Of a stretch of DNA of 64,000 nucleotides, positions 25,901 through 38,300 are shown in pieces. How positions within the stretch are numbered: the first letter of the stretch is position 1; each line of letters opens with the position of its first letter. The DNA is from Mytilus edulis. Lineage: Eukaryota. Below the pieces are notes generated by a model. The model saw only the letters and a program-made list of their open reading frames with translations, was not told the DNA's origin and did not search any database. The stretch lies in the NCBI RefSeq assembly GCF_963676685.1, contig NC_092349.1:7874001-7938000 (forward strand). The letters run 5' to 3'. The position numbers and the translations under genes were made by a program.

Positions 25901-26365
25901 GTGGAGGAAGACGGAGTACTCTGAAAGAAACACAGACCTTCGACAGGAAAACTGACAATCATAGTTAATTTAGATTGGATTCACACGCACTTGCAACGTG
26001 TGGGATTCGATATAATCACCTCAAAGATAACAAGCTAGTGATAATGTAGATGATATACGACACCACTTGGCCAGCAAAGACCCTATATTCCACTCCAAAG
26101 ACGAATGTATATAAGTTGGAAAATCCATGCGTGAGTCAGCACATATCACATTTTAATCGCGTTGCTTAGTATAATTAACAAGCAAGAGGTATCTGGTCAT
26201 TTTGTACTGGTACACTACTATTTATATTTTGTTATTGCAGGTGAAGTTGGAGACTGGAAGAACCATTTTACTGTTGCTGAAAATGAAGAATTTGACAGAA
26301 TTTACAACGAAAGAATGAAAGACATTAAGTTCACTTATAAATATACATTAAAAACAGTCGATTGA
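19972..26365 (+). CDS. Cytosolic sulfotransferase (SULT1-like); exons ~19972-20181, 21560-21877, 23442-23551, 24236-24413, 26241-26365; start codon not located
   Basis: GT-AG introns in consistent phase give [13 protein letters not shown]|THW (5'PSB), PRVFNSH (catalytic His), [12 protein letters not shown] (3'PB), YEDTKS|NP and YRKG|[10 protein letters not shown], with the stop at 26365. The 5' boundary is inferred from a weak acceptor at 19971. Confidence 0.9.
22981..23273 (+). mobile_element. Helentron-associated (HINE-like) non-autonomous element
   Basis: T-rich start, (GTCC/GTCT)n microsatellite and 3' end ...acacattcttgtt. A truncated relative lies at 28716-28835. Confidence 0.55.
25583..25765. 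mobile_element. 183-bp PIF/Harbinger-like MITE
   Basis: Near-palindromic ggttgcgttcaatatcgtagc...gctacgatattgaatgcaacc with a 3-bp CTG TSD at 25580-25582 and 25766-25768. Confidence 0.8.
25835..26085 (-). mobile_element. Degenerate tRNA-derived SINE (V-domain-like core)
   Basis: The minus strand shows an A-box-like TGGCCAAGTGG, a B-box-like ATCGAATCC and a core resembling GTACTCCGTCTTCCTCC. Confidence 0.55.
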
Positions 26366-26610
26366 GCAATACAACATCCTCGCATCGTTCTAAATGTTTT
26401 GTTTTACATATTCAAGGCAATATAGTGAAAGTTTGAACAAGTATTGTTTCATACAATAATATAAAGAAACGACTGATGGTTTTGTACTGTTCATGCATGT
26501 TTCCAAATAATTATGTGTTTTATTAATCATTTATTAATAGACCCATTCAATGCGTATATGCCTTTTTTCACAAACTACTATTATATTGAAAAGCTTGGTC
26601 TTTTACTGAG

Positions 26611-26793
26611 AAAAATAGTAGTTGTTAACCCATCAATCGCCCAAACCCCATGTTTCAGTCATAAAACATAAAACAGTAGTTGTTAACCCATCAATCGCCC
26701 CAACCCCCATGTTTCAGTCATAAAACATAAAACAGTAGTTGTTAACCCATCAATCGCCCCAACCCCCATGTTTCAGGCATAAAACATAAAACA
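26611..26793. repeat. 59-bp tandem repeat x3 downstream of the SULT stop
   Basis: agtagttgttaacccatcaatcgccc at 26616, 26675 and 26734. Confidence 0.9.
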
Positions 26794-27179
26794 ATAGCAC
26801 TCAAATCAAAACAGTTGAAAGGTCAAACAGAAAAAGAAGTTGAAGATGAATATTTAAACACACGTCTTCCATAAAGTATTTTAAAATTCGCCTAAGGCAT
26901 TGATGCCAATGAGATTGTTAGTATACAAAATAATTTCAAATACAAACTTTAACGGAGATAAAGGTTCAACTAAATGTAATATGAACCACCTAAATAAATG
27001 GAACAAAGAGTGAGGTCAGATGCATTATAATGATTTGTTATACCTTTTTTTCTATACATTAAAATTTATTTAGATATAGGAAGATGTGGTATGAGTGCCA
27101 ATGAGACAAATTTATTTTAAAATGTTTCTTATCTTGTGTATTTCCATAATTTTGTGAATTAAGACATCCCATAATATAT

Positions 27180-28520
27180 TTACAAAATTATCCAAACTCT
27201 ACCTACATGTAGGCGATACAGTTTTTGCATGCAGATGCTACTCAACTATAAACGTCACCAGAGTCTGAGCAGAAAGTTGACGAACTAATGTTATGTCAAA
27301 GAAGGTCACGTCTTTTTTCTGAAACACTTCATCTGAAGATCTTGTTAATACATATTCCGTATCAACTTATACATAATATATGATGGTCTTGTATTATAAA
27401 TTCCTAGCACTGACGTTGTTTATTATCTCAATAACTTGTTAAAGTGTGTTTTTGGTTGGTTTTTTTTTTTTGTATTTGTAAATTATCTACCTTTACTATT
27501 TAGTCTATTTCTTGCAAAATTTGTAGGCGTGCCTCGGTACTTATACATCTCGTCATTGTGCTACTTGTTTGCTGCGGTAATTTTTGTATTCTCGGTTTTC
27601 CTTATGCGCTTATTTATGTGCCTTTTTTGTTGTTAGCTTAAACTATATTTATTCAGATTAATCATCATTAAAAAGTAAAATCACAAAAATTGTGCACTTA
27701 GAGGAAAATCTAATCGGAAAGTCCATTATCATATGGCAAAATCAAACAACAAAACACATCAAAAACGAATGGACAAGAACTGTCATATTCCTGACTTGGT
27801 ACAGGCATTTTCAAATGTAGAAAATGGTGGATTAAACCTGGGTTTATAGCGCTTACCCTCTCACTTTGATGATAGTCTCATCAAATTCCGTTATATTTAC
27901 AATGATGCGTGAACTAAACAGACATAATAAATAAAATAGTCAAAATATGGGTACAGCAGTCATCATCGTGTAATTATATAACAAGTTTAAAAGGAACAAT
28001 TTAACAGAACACAAAAACATCCATTAGTATCTACAAACACATTCATTGATTCGCGTGTCTGACGTCAGAAAATGTTATACGTCACATGAATTTGCCGTTC
28101 AATGTTTATACAAACAATTTTATACAATGAAATAAATATTTAGGATTCAGAAACAAGCAATTTGCATTTACAAATCTGTCTCCTTTTATGTTCTTGACAT
28201 ATTTGTTTATTGTTAAAGAGATTAAGATTATAACACAATGTCGACTGCTGTACCCCTATTTTTGACATGTTTGCCTATTACGTCTGTTTGGTTTGTTCAC
28301 ACATTGTTGTCAATGATAGTAGAATTCCATGCAATTGTTATACATGTGAGAGGTTTCGATCGGTATACAACCACGTTTTATCCATCACCTTCTTCAACAG
28401 GAAATGTGTGTACCAAGTTAGAAATATGTCAGTTGTTTTCACATTTGTTTGACGTGTTTGAGCTTTCGATTAATATAAATTTGATAAGGGTCTCACCGTT
28501 TTGAATTTTCCTTCGAGCTC
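27180..28520 (+). mobile_element. 3' fragment of the PLE-like family, interrupted by an inverted related copy (27668-28150)
   Basis: 27180-27660 aligns by eye to ~1870-2400 (agaaagttgacgaac, cgtatcaactt, gatggtctt), and 28200-28520 aligns to ~2490-2760. Confidence 0.6.
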
Positions 28521-29343
28521 GTTTTGTTTGGCATGCACATTATAAGGATCAAAAGTTATCGTTTGCCCTTAAATGTATGTTGTTTGTCTGTTCTTGTTTT
28601 TTACAGTATGAACAGTATGTTCTTCTGTGTACTCGTTGTTAATTTAATGATCAAGATTGTTCAGTTCTAAAAAGGTAGTGTGTCTCTCTCCCAATTTATG
28701 ATCCTTGTCAGTAGTTTTTATGCTACATTTATGGGCATTATGTTTTCTGGTTTGTGCGTTCGTTCGTTCGTTCGTCCGTTCGTCTGTCTCGCTGCAGGTT
28801 TTTGGTCGAGGTAGTTTTTGATGAAGTTGAACTATTTTCCTTTACTCCACCAATTAGTGTAGACTATAAGCGGATCGGAGCTGGAACTGCCGGGGAGTTT
28901 GCCTTACTGACAAAACTAAGATATTTTCTTTTATAATTATCCAATTTTTTTACAAACACGAAACGATTTTGATCTTCACAAATTGTAAGTAAACATTTCG
29001 TCAACTGTCGGTTCATAAATTTAAAGATTTCTAAGAAATTTATAAGTTTTTACTTCCTCATACAAAGTAGATCTTAAAAAGATAAGGCAGTTATTTTCAA
29101 GGTTAGTTTTGGTCTTAATGTTTCAGTTCTTAAACATCCTTTGCTTTTAAATATTCGTCTGTTGGTGTTTCTGATGAACACGATGAAGTTAAATTAAGAA
29201 AAGCATTAAGGACGCATGTGATTTTTAAAGCGTTTTTTTTTTCAATTTCTATATATTGTTAAAGATTGTATACTGCCGTCTAAATTTATTTTGTTGATGG
29301 GTGACTGACTCATTGATAAAAACTACATATCGAACTTTTTCTA

Positions 29344-29812
29344 TAGTCGCCGTCAGCTGAAATTCGTAGCGGTTATCGGTAAAAATAATTTAAACTATCA
29401 ACCACGTTCACTCGTGATCAAATTTTCACTATCCATTCATAAATCGCAAAAAGAAAAACAACTACTGACCTACCTTTTAAGTGATAGCACTGTGATAATC
29501 CTGACCTTCACATTTTCCAAGACGATTTTGAATGGTGGAATAACATTACAGGAAACTCCGAAAGTGACGTGTGTCATATGTAAACAAATGATCCTCATAG
29601 AAACGAAGATGGCGGAAATACAATGGAAAACCTTCTGGAAAATATGAAGGTCAGGATTATTACAGTTCGATCACTCAAAAGGAAGGTCAGTAGTGGTTTT
29701 TCTTTTGACGACTTATGAATGGAATGTGAAAAACTATATCTCGAGTGAACGCGATTGATAGTTAAGATTATTTTTACCGATAACCGCTACGAATTTCAGC
29801 TGACGGCGACTA
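29344..29812. mobile_element. MITE with ~180-bp imperfect TIRs (first ~45 bp perfect)
   Basis: tagtcgccgtcagctgaaattcgtagcggttatcggtaaaaataat and its exact reverse complement at the right end, with TA on both sides. Confidence 0.9.
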
Positions 29813-30639
29813 TAATGTATGACTGAAAACTACGGAAAACAATTTTCAAAATTCCGATTTTTCTGAAATTTTTTTATTTCTTTCAATAACAATAGGTTCG
29901 ATTTTTACAAATTAAACATTTTCTTCACACCATTTCTGGAAAAAAACGCTTACAAAAAATATACTGTGAAGGACATTTTTTATGTTAATCAACATAATCT
30001 GAGGAACGGCGTTATTTCGGAATCAAAAGCATCATTATATGAATCAACGTACATACGAGGATTATGGGACGTGATCTTTATCAGCCCCGAACATTCCTTA
30101 TACGCTGATTGCGATACCAGACAACTCGGTTGACACATTACACCGTTTGAGTCGTACACTCTAACGTATGCTTTTGTTTCACCAGATATTGACTTCTCGA
30201 AGGTAATAAGATTCAGAGGAACGAGTAAGCTCATCTATAGAAATGTAGTCCAAATGTCTACCACTATAGGAAAATCCATCAGTTTGAAATGTAATGTTAA
30301 AAGTTCTTTTGTTTTTAATTTCATCCTGTCCTGAGTTTCGATTCCTCTTGTGTTTGTTTATGATTATTATTGGGGTGATTGCAAAATTGTCGAATTTATA
30401 TTTAGTACTACTCAAAGAACTAAATTTTCTCATCTCTTGTATCAGGCACAGATTTATATCAAATCCAATTTTGACATTATTGCCTGTTAAACTGAAACCA
30501 ACAGATCTGCAACCCCTTGTTCCAGGATTATCGAAGTGCGAACTAAATCTTCTCGTAATTGTTGGCGCTATTGAAGTTCGAGTTAGTTGACTGTTCTCTT
30601 TAGCTCCAAATGCTGATATGTCTGGTAAAGATCCCAGTG

Positions 30640-32360
30640 CTTGTTCTATATGTGATGCAGCTCCAAATCCGCCTCCTATCTGTGAGGCATCTCTATGGCT
30701 TCCTTCTATCTGCGATGCATCTGCATGTCCGCCTCTAATCTGTGTTGAAGTTCCCATTCCGTCTCATATCTGTGATGCATCTCCATGTCCGCCTCCTATC
30801 TGTGTTGAAGCTCCCAATCCGCCTCCTATCCATGAGGCACTTCTATGCCTCCCTTCATCTGTGATGTATCTCAATGTCCGCCTCCTATCTGTGATATCCA
30901 CTCTTGTCCGCCTCCTATCTGCATTGAAGCTCCCATTTCGTCTCCTATCTGTGTCACATCTCCATGTCTTCCTCCTATCCATGAGGCACCTCTATGTCTA
31001 TCTCCACCTGTGTTGTATCTCTATGTCCTCCTCCTGTCTGTGTTGCATCTCCATGTCCACCTCCTATCTGTGTTGCATCTCCTAGTCCGTCTCCTATATG
31101 TGATGCATCTCCATATCCTCCTTCTATCTGTGTTGAAGCTCCCATTCCGTCTCCTATATGTGATGCATCTCCATGTCCTCTTTCTATCTGTTTGTAGCTC
31201 CCATTCCGTCTCCTATATGTGATGCATCTCTATGTCCTCCTCCTATCTGTGTTGCATCTCCATGTCCACCTCCTATCTGTGTTGCATCTCCTATTCCGTC
31301 TCCTATATATGATGCATCTCCATGTCCGCCTCCTATCTGTATTGTATCTCCTATTCTGTCTCCTATATGTGATGCATCTCCATGTCCTCTTTCTATCTGT
31401 GTTGAGGCTCCTATTCCGTCTCCTATATGTGATGCATCTCCTTGTCGTCCTCCTATCTGTGTTGCATCTCCATGTCCTCCTCCTATCTGTATTACATCTC
31501 CTATTCCGTCTTCTATATGTGATGCATCTCCATGTCCGCCTCTTATCTGTGTTGAAGCTCCCAATCCGTCTCCTATATGTGATGCATCTCTATATCCTCC
31601 TTCTATCTGTGTTGAAGCTCCCATTCCGTCTCCTATATGTGATGCAACTCCATGTCCACCTCCTATCTGTGTTGCATCTCCTATTCCGTCTCCTATATGT
31701 GATGCATCTCCATATCCTCCTTCTATCTGTGTTGAAGCTCCCATTCCGTCTCCTATATATGTGATGCATCTCCATATCCTCCTTTTATCTGTGTTGAAGC
31801 TCCCATTCCGTCTCCTATATGTGATGCATCTCCATATCCTCCTTCTATCTGTGTTGAAGCTCCCATTCCGTCTCCTATATGTGATGCATCTCCATGTCCT
31901 CCTCCTATCTGTGTTGCATCTCCTATTCCGTCTCCTATATGTGATGCATCTCCATATCCTCCTTTTATCTGTGTTGAAGCTCCCATTCCGTCTCCTATAT
32001 GTGATGCATCTCCATATCCTCCTCCTATCTGTGTTGAAGCTCCCATTCCGTCTCCTATATGTGATGCATCTCCATGTCCACCTCCTATCTGTGTTGCATC
32101 TCCTATTCCGTCTCCTATATGTGATGCATCTCCATATCCTCCTCCTATCTGTGTTGAAGCTCCCATTCCGTCTCCTATATGTGATGCATCTCCATATCCT
32201 CTTTCTATCTGTGTTGAAGCTCCCATTCCGTCTCCTATATGTGATGCATCTCCATGTCCTCCTTCTATCTGTGTTAAAGCTCCCATTCCGTCTCCTATTT
32301 GTGTTGCATCTCCATGTCCGCCTCCTATCTTTGATACCCACTCTTGTCTGCCTCCTATCT
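30640..32360 (-). repeat. Coding 30/60-bp tandem repeat (~57 x 30 bp) encoding IGDGMGASTQ-IGGGHGDASH
   Basis: Visible period-30/60 array. It is in frame with tyrosinase sequence on both sides (ORFs 31753-32547 and 30179-30757). Confidence 0.92.
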
Positions 32361-34399
32361 TGATCAATGATGAAATTGCTTGTTGGTCCAAAAGTTGGTT
32401 AAAATTCATGAAAAATCTTGGAATGGTGACCCTTTTCCCCTTTTCCTTTGACGGGTACCAATTATGAACTGTTTTAAATCCTCTAAGACCAATAAACTCA
32501 TACCTAGATCTGGAAACACACGCCTGTTTTCTTATATCACAGAACAAAAACCCATTAAATGCTCCTCCGCAGTTGTTACGACAAGTCGGGCAGGTGCATA
32601 TCTATAAATTTGTTTTGTAAATGAATTACTAAATCCCTGAATATTTGTTTTTTGAGGTCTCAAATTATCCATACGTCTATTTGGCATATGCTGTAATATA
32701 GTAGTTGGTGGATATTCTGTTTCTGAATTAATTCCTAATTTGGTTTGGCATTCTCTGAATTTTTCCCATAGGTAATCTATGAAGCAGTGGTGAAGCCAGA
32801 AAATTGGGTCCATATGTCCAGTATTTCCTCCAACCCACCTGTTAACACTATCATGGTGTGACTCTAGATTGGCATGATCACTATTTGGAGCTGTTGGTCT
32901 TAGAATTTCCCGGTGGTATCTTTTTCTAAACACTGCTTTCAATCTGTCTGGGTTAATGGGAGAGCCTTTTATTCCTAGTTCACGTCGTAACAACGTACTT
33001 GGTTTTGTTGGAGTTGACCAATATGCGAATGGACCTGTATATACAACTCCTTTTGGGTTCCCCAAAAATATTTCAGTAAATAAGATAGAATCCTCTTGGT
33101 TGTCCATCAAATAATCTGGTCTTGAATCCCAGTATGGAAGAGTCACTCCGCTATTATATTTCCGAAGAGCCTCCGCGAATCTGTCTCAATAGAAATGTGG
33201 ATATAAAAGCGAGTCGTCAAAATTAATCGATTCAAAGAAACAAATAAGTAGGTAAAGTCACTTGCATATATTGATTATGTACTGCAAAATAAAAAAATTC
33301 TGCGATGTTTACCTTCTTGCGAAAATTGCGAAGAAATAGGTATCACTTTGTATGCAGCATTTAATGGAATAATTAACATAATTTCGCTCGCATTTTTGTC
33401 AATTCTTCAAAAATGTACATTATGAATATATCCAAATTTACATTATCATGATTGATATTATAAGTACAACATTTTATATATTTTATAAAAATAAAAGAAA
33501 CATTAGTACACCGCTGTTCAGTAGTCATAATTCGATTAAGCAAAACAAATCCAGGTAACAAACGGAAACCGAGGGAAACATATCAACTATAAAATGAAAA
33601 CAAAGCACCAACAGAAACACTGAACTACAACAAAAGCAAAGGGCAACATACATGGAAACGGACTGTAGATAACAACTGCTATATTCCTGACTTGGTACAG
33701 GACATTTTCAGAAAATATGGTGGGTTGAACCTGGTTTTATGGCTAACTAAACCTCCCGCTTACATCATTACATGACAATGGTAGAAACAAAATAGCGCTA
33801 AAACGAAAACACTACGTGACAGGAATACAGTACAAACAAACGTTAGAACACTCAACACGAAGCAATACATAAATGAAAGATATAGTTATAGTACATAACA
33901 ACATATAAACCGCAGAAAAACAACGGACACTTCCCATGAATTTACGACAGCACACTATGCAGGACACCACAAACGAATTAAAACCCCGCGTCACATGAAT
34001 TGATCAACGCCACAACCATTGACAACAAGGTACAATTATAAAAATTCGGTTATTTTATTTATGGACACTTAACACGAATCTTTAATTGGGAGAGAGTTTT
34101 TAATTGTGTCACTTAATTTCTTTTCTAATCATATCGGTTTTTCTTTTAAATCAAAACTGTGTATCAACACAAACAAAAAAAAAACATCCTGTGCGTATAG
34201 TTGCTTTAAACTTAAAATCATATATAATGAAGTAGCTGATGTTGTTTTTTTTGTATCTTAACTGTCACATACATATAGAAAATAGAAATAAAAGATAACT
34301 GTAATATAATGCAAGATCATGTCAGACCAAACAGTAAACAGTATTATAGTTTCTTACGTAAAAATAAACTCATCATAAGTGTATTCAATACTTAAACCA

Positions 34400-34873
34400 T
34401 ATGGAAAGTCAATGGGGTCAAAATTCTTAATTCGTAACTTGTCAATTTGTAACGTGTAGTTGTGTAATTTCATAATGCGTAATGCGTAAATTGTCAGTTT
34501 GTAACTAGTATATTTGTTATTTCAAAATTGTTAAGTCGTAAATTGTCAATTTGTAGCTTGTAACTGTGTGATTTCGAAATTCTTTATCGTAAATTGTCAA
34601 TATTCATATTGATGTTTGTAACTTGTAACTTGTCGATTCGTGAAATGTATATGACATTGTGTGAAATGTCAAAGTATTAAATGCTGTCGTTGTATTATGT
34701 TAACGATCATTATGACGACAGATTGACAACTTACGAATTAACAATTTTGAAAATTACAAATATACAAGTTACAAACTGACAATTTAAGCATTACGAATTA
34801 TGAAAATACACATCTACAAGTTACGAATTGACAAGTTAAGAATTAAGAATTTTGACCCCGTTGTCTTTTCATA
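34400..34873. mobile_element. 474-bp MITE with 6-bp TSD and TAT...ATA ends (IS3EU-like)
   Basis: tatggaaagtcaatggggtcaaaattcttaattc pairs with gaattaagaattttgaccccgttgtcttttcata. TSD aaacca at 34394-34399 and 34874-34879. Internal ~7-bp periodic motifs. Confidence 0.8.
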
Positions 34874-35087
34874 AAACCATAGCCACTAATATGTTGTATA
34901 AACACACACCAATATTATTCATTTCTGCGCGACACAGCAACCAAACAACTCAAACAAAAACTAAAAAAGTTCTTCTAAAGGCATTCAGATTTTGAAAACA
35001 AATTCTACTGAAACTTCAAGTTATCCGTTAAAATGGGGAAAACAAGTGATTGATAATTATCCGTGTAACATGTGTAATGCACCAACA

Positions 35088-35560
35088 TTTTTAGCTCACA
35101 TGGCCTATATAGTAGATTTTTAACAATTTTTTGTAAAATTTTTAATCTTACAAAAATCTTCTGCTCTGAAACTACTGAGACAAATTTAACCGAACTTGGT
35201 CACAATCATTATTAGGGTATCTAGTTTCAAAATGTGCGCGACATGCCAACCAACATGGCCGACATACATGTAGCTAAAAGGGAACATATGTAAAATGGAG
35301 TTTTCGGCTTATATCTCTGAAACTAAAGCATTTAGAGCACGTTTGTGTTCATCAGGTTGAGATATATATTTGTCCTGAAAATTTCACACGAATCAGACTA
35401 ACGGTTGTTAGGTCACTACCCCTAAAGAAGTAATTTTAAGGAAATATTAGGGTTTTTTTGGTTATTACTTTGAATATTATTATAGATAAAGATATTTTGT
35501 AAACAGCAACAATGTTCATCAAAGTAATATCAACATTTCAGTCAACAGGACCAAAATGTG
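35088..35560 (+). mobile_element. Helentron/HINE-like fragment
   Basis: Starts tttttagctcacatggcc and contains ctctgaaactact...aaatttaaccgaacttgg core-repeat motifs. Confidence 0.45.
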
Positions 35561-35784
35561 TAAATTAGTTGATGTAAATAGAATGTCATTCATTTATCTT
35601 TAATTTTTGTTTTTGTTAATCCTGGGTTTACAACATATATACAAGGGCAAAGCTTGAGAGGAATAACCAACAACAAATGGGTTGCGTCTTCTTATTTATT
35701 TATTTTTTTAAATATACGCTATTTTCTTTATATGCATGTATACATATATACGATTTCATTTTATACCTTTTACACGTAATTTCA

Positions 35785-36050
35785 AAAGAGATGAGATTTC
35801 TATATAGCAACATTCCAGCAGCGCCTGCATACGGACTTCATACCTCCCAGTTGATATTGTATTTCAGGGCTTGTATTTCTTATCATGATTTCGTTGATAG
35901 AGAGTTGTTGCTCAAAGGGAAGCTTCTAAATCAAGAGTGACACGTGGTTTGAAATTGAAAGCATCGCGTTGTTAATATTACCAACGCCATTAGTTGGTTG
36001 GCCGTAATGGAATATTTGTTTCACAGATGACAAAGGATATAATATTGTCG
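35785..36050 (+). pseudogene. PLE-like RT C-terminal fragment
   Basis: FLYSNIPAAPAYGLHTSQLILYFRACISYHDF, homologous to ~1850-1990. Confidence 0.7.
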
Positions 36051-36614
36051 TATAAACTGGCCCCAAACAATAAGTTTCCTTAGTGCAGACAAAATGGACG
36101 TCACAATAAATTCCAAATCATATATATGAACCGAAATTATAACAAAAATACTAAATTAACAAAGGCCAGAGATTCATGACTTGTAAAACAGGCGCAGAAA
36201 TATAGCGGGATTAAACATGATGGGTGTGAGGTCTCAACATCCCCCCTATACTTCAAGCCAATGAAGAATAAACAATAACAAAACAGCGATACGCACAGAA
36301 AACTCAGATATATAAGAACTCAGAGTCCGATGTTAGATTAGGTAACAAAAGAAACAAAACGAAATGAAAATGATCAACACAAATTAACAAAGGACTACTA
36401 GCAGTTACTGACATGCGAGCTTCAGACCTCAAGAACTCAATTAAACTGATAGAAATATTATGTCTTCATCGTATGCAACTTATACTTACAATACGCAATA
36501 ATATCTATGCCAGCTTACAAAGTTTGGACCATCATGTGCAGATTTTCTGGCGCCTCCCTGTTGCATAAGTGCGAACAAATCATACTTGTTGGGTGAGACC
36601 GACTGAAAAATATT

Positions 36615-37535
36615 GCATAGGCGATTGAACAAATTACATTCTTAATGACATATGTTACCCAAAAATTAGACATTGGCGATTGAACAAATTAAATTCTAAA
36701 TGACATATGTAACCTATAACTATGACATTGACGATTGAACAAATTACATTCTGAGTGATATATGTAACTAATAAAATGACATTGGCGACTGAACAAATTA
36801 CATTCTGAATGACATACATGTATGTAACCCATAACTATGACATTGGCGATTGAACAAATAACATTCTGAATGGCATATGTAATCCACAAAAATGATATTT
36901 TGGCGATTGAACAAATTACATTCTGAATGACATATGTAACCTATAACTATGAGATTGACGATTCAACAAATTACATTCTGAGTGACATATGTAACCAAAA
37001 AAAAGTGACATTGACGATTGAACAAATTATATTCTGAATAACACATGTAACCCAAAAAAATGACATTGACGATTGAAAAAATTATATTCTGAATAACATA
37101 TGTAACCCAAAAATATAACATTGGTGATTGAACAAATTACATTCAGAATAACACATGTAACCCAAAAAAATGACATTGACGATTGAAAAAATTATATTCT
37201 GAATAACATATGTAACCCAAAAATATAACATTGGCGATTGAACAAATTAGTCTGAACGAAATATGTAACATAAAAATATGACATTGACGAATGAACAAAT
37301 TACATTCTGAATGACACATGTAACCCCCAAAAATGACATTGACGATTGAACAAATTATATTCTGAATGACATATGTAACCCAAAAATATGACATTGGCGA
37401 TTGAACAAATTACAATCTGAACGACATATGTAATCCAAAAATATGACATTGGCGGTTGAACAAATTACAGTCTGAATGACATATGTAACATAAAAATATG
37501 ACATTGACAAATTACAGTTTTAATGACCTATGTAT
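36615..37535. repeat. 55-bp satellite (~17 copies) in a tyrosinase intron
   Basis: (g/a)cgattgaacaaatt at 36621, 36676, 36731 and onward. A detached monomer lies at ~38095-38140. Confidence 0.95.
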
Positions 37536-37626
37536 TAGCCGTATTGGTGACAATTTTTTGGAACTTTTGGTCCTCAGTGCTCTTCAACTTTGTAGTTGTT
37601 TTGGCCTTCGAACTTTTTTCATCTGA

Positions 37627-37670
37627 GCGTCACTTGTTAGTTTTGTGAGGACGAAACGCACGTCTGGCGT
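37627..37670 (+). ncRNA. Decayed hammerhead ribozyme motif in a retrozyme-type repeat (~37535-37860)
   Basis: gcgtca-CTTGTTA-...-GAAAC-gcac-GTC-tggcgt. The flanks match the intact copy at 55806 but the CUGAUGA core is destroyed. Confidence 0.65.
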
Positions 37671-38300
37671 ATTAAATTTTAAACCTGGTACCTTTTGTTA
37701 GCTATCAGGCGTGTATTTCTCTGTCCTATACTTTCTCCAATTTATTTGTATTGTAGTCCTGTCATGTAATGTTGTCATTTTAATATTATATTAGACATTG
37801 CCATTTAATTGGGAGGTTTGGCATGCCACTAAACCAAGTTCAACCCACCATTTGTTTTCTTAAAATATCCTGTACCATGTCAGGAAAATGGCCATTGTTA
37901 TATTATAGTTCGTTTATGTGTGTGTTACATTTAAATTCTGTGTTTTTGTTGTGTCGTAGTTCTCCTGTTATATTTGATGCGATTCCCTCGGTTTTAGTTT
38001 GTAGCCCGGATTTGTTTGTTTTTCCTCAATCGATTTATCAATTTCGAACAGCGGTATACTACTGTTGGCTTTATGTAAATAAAAAATTTCGCATAGTATG
38101 GCGATCGAACAATTTACATTCTGACATATGTAACCAAATTATCTGTTTGCATTAAACATGTTAAATAAAGAAAAATACGGACTGAAAGCGGATGCTTCAT
38201 TTATAAAAAAAAGAGAGGATATTTGTTAAGTGAACATGACAGGTAAAAACAAACAGGACGGTTACACCTATGGTTGTATTGAAATTGGTCAAAAGGTTGT

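Noticed and set aside
26000-26085. tRNA gene
   Set aside because: A/B-box-like motifs are present but no cloverleaf forms, and the sequence continues into a SINE body.
29150-29220. Possible further hammerhead (ctgatgaa...gaaaagc...ggacgc)
   Set aside because: Stems II and III do not pair convincingly. At best it is a decayed relic and needs a covariance-model search.
30618-32363. Plus-strand Pro/Cys-rich (keratin-associated-like) and Leu-rich ORFs
   Set aside because: These are antisense shadows of the tyrosinase repeat. Only the minus Gly/His frame connects to recognisable flanking domains.
36615-37535. Second CRISPR-like array
   Set aside because: It is a plain 55-bp tandem satellite without spacers.
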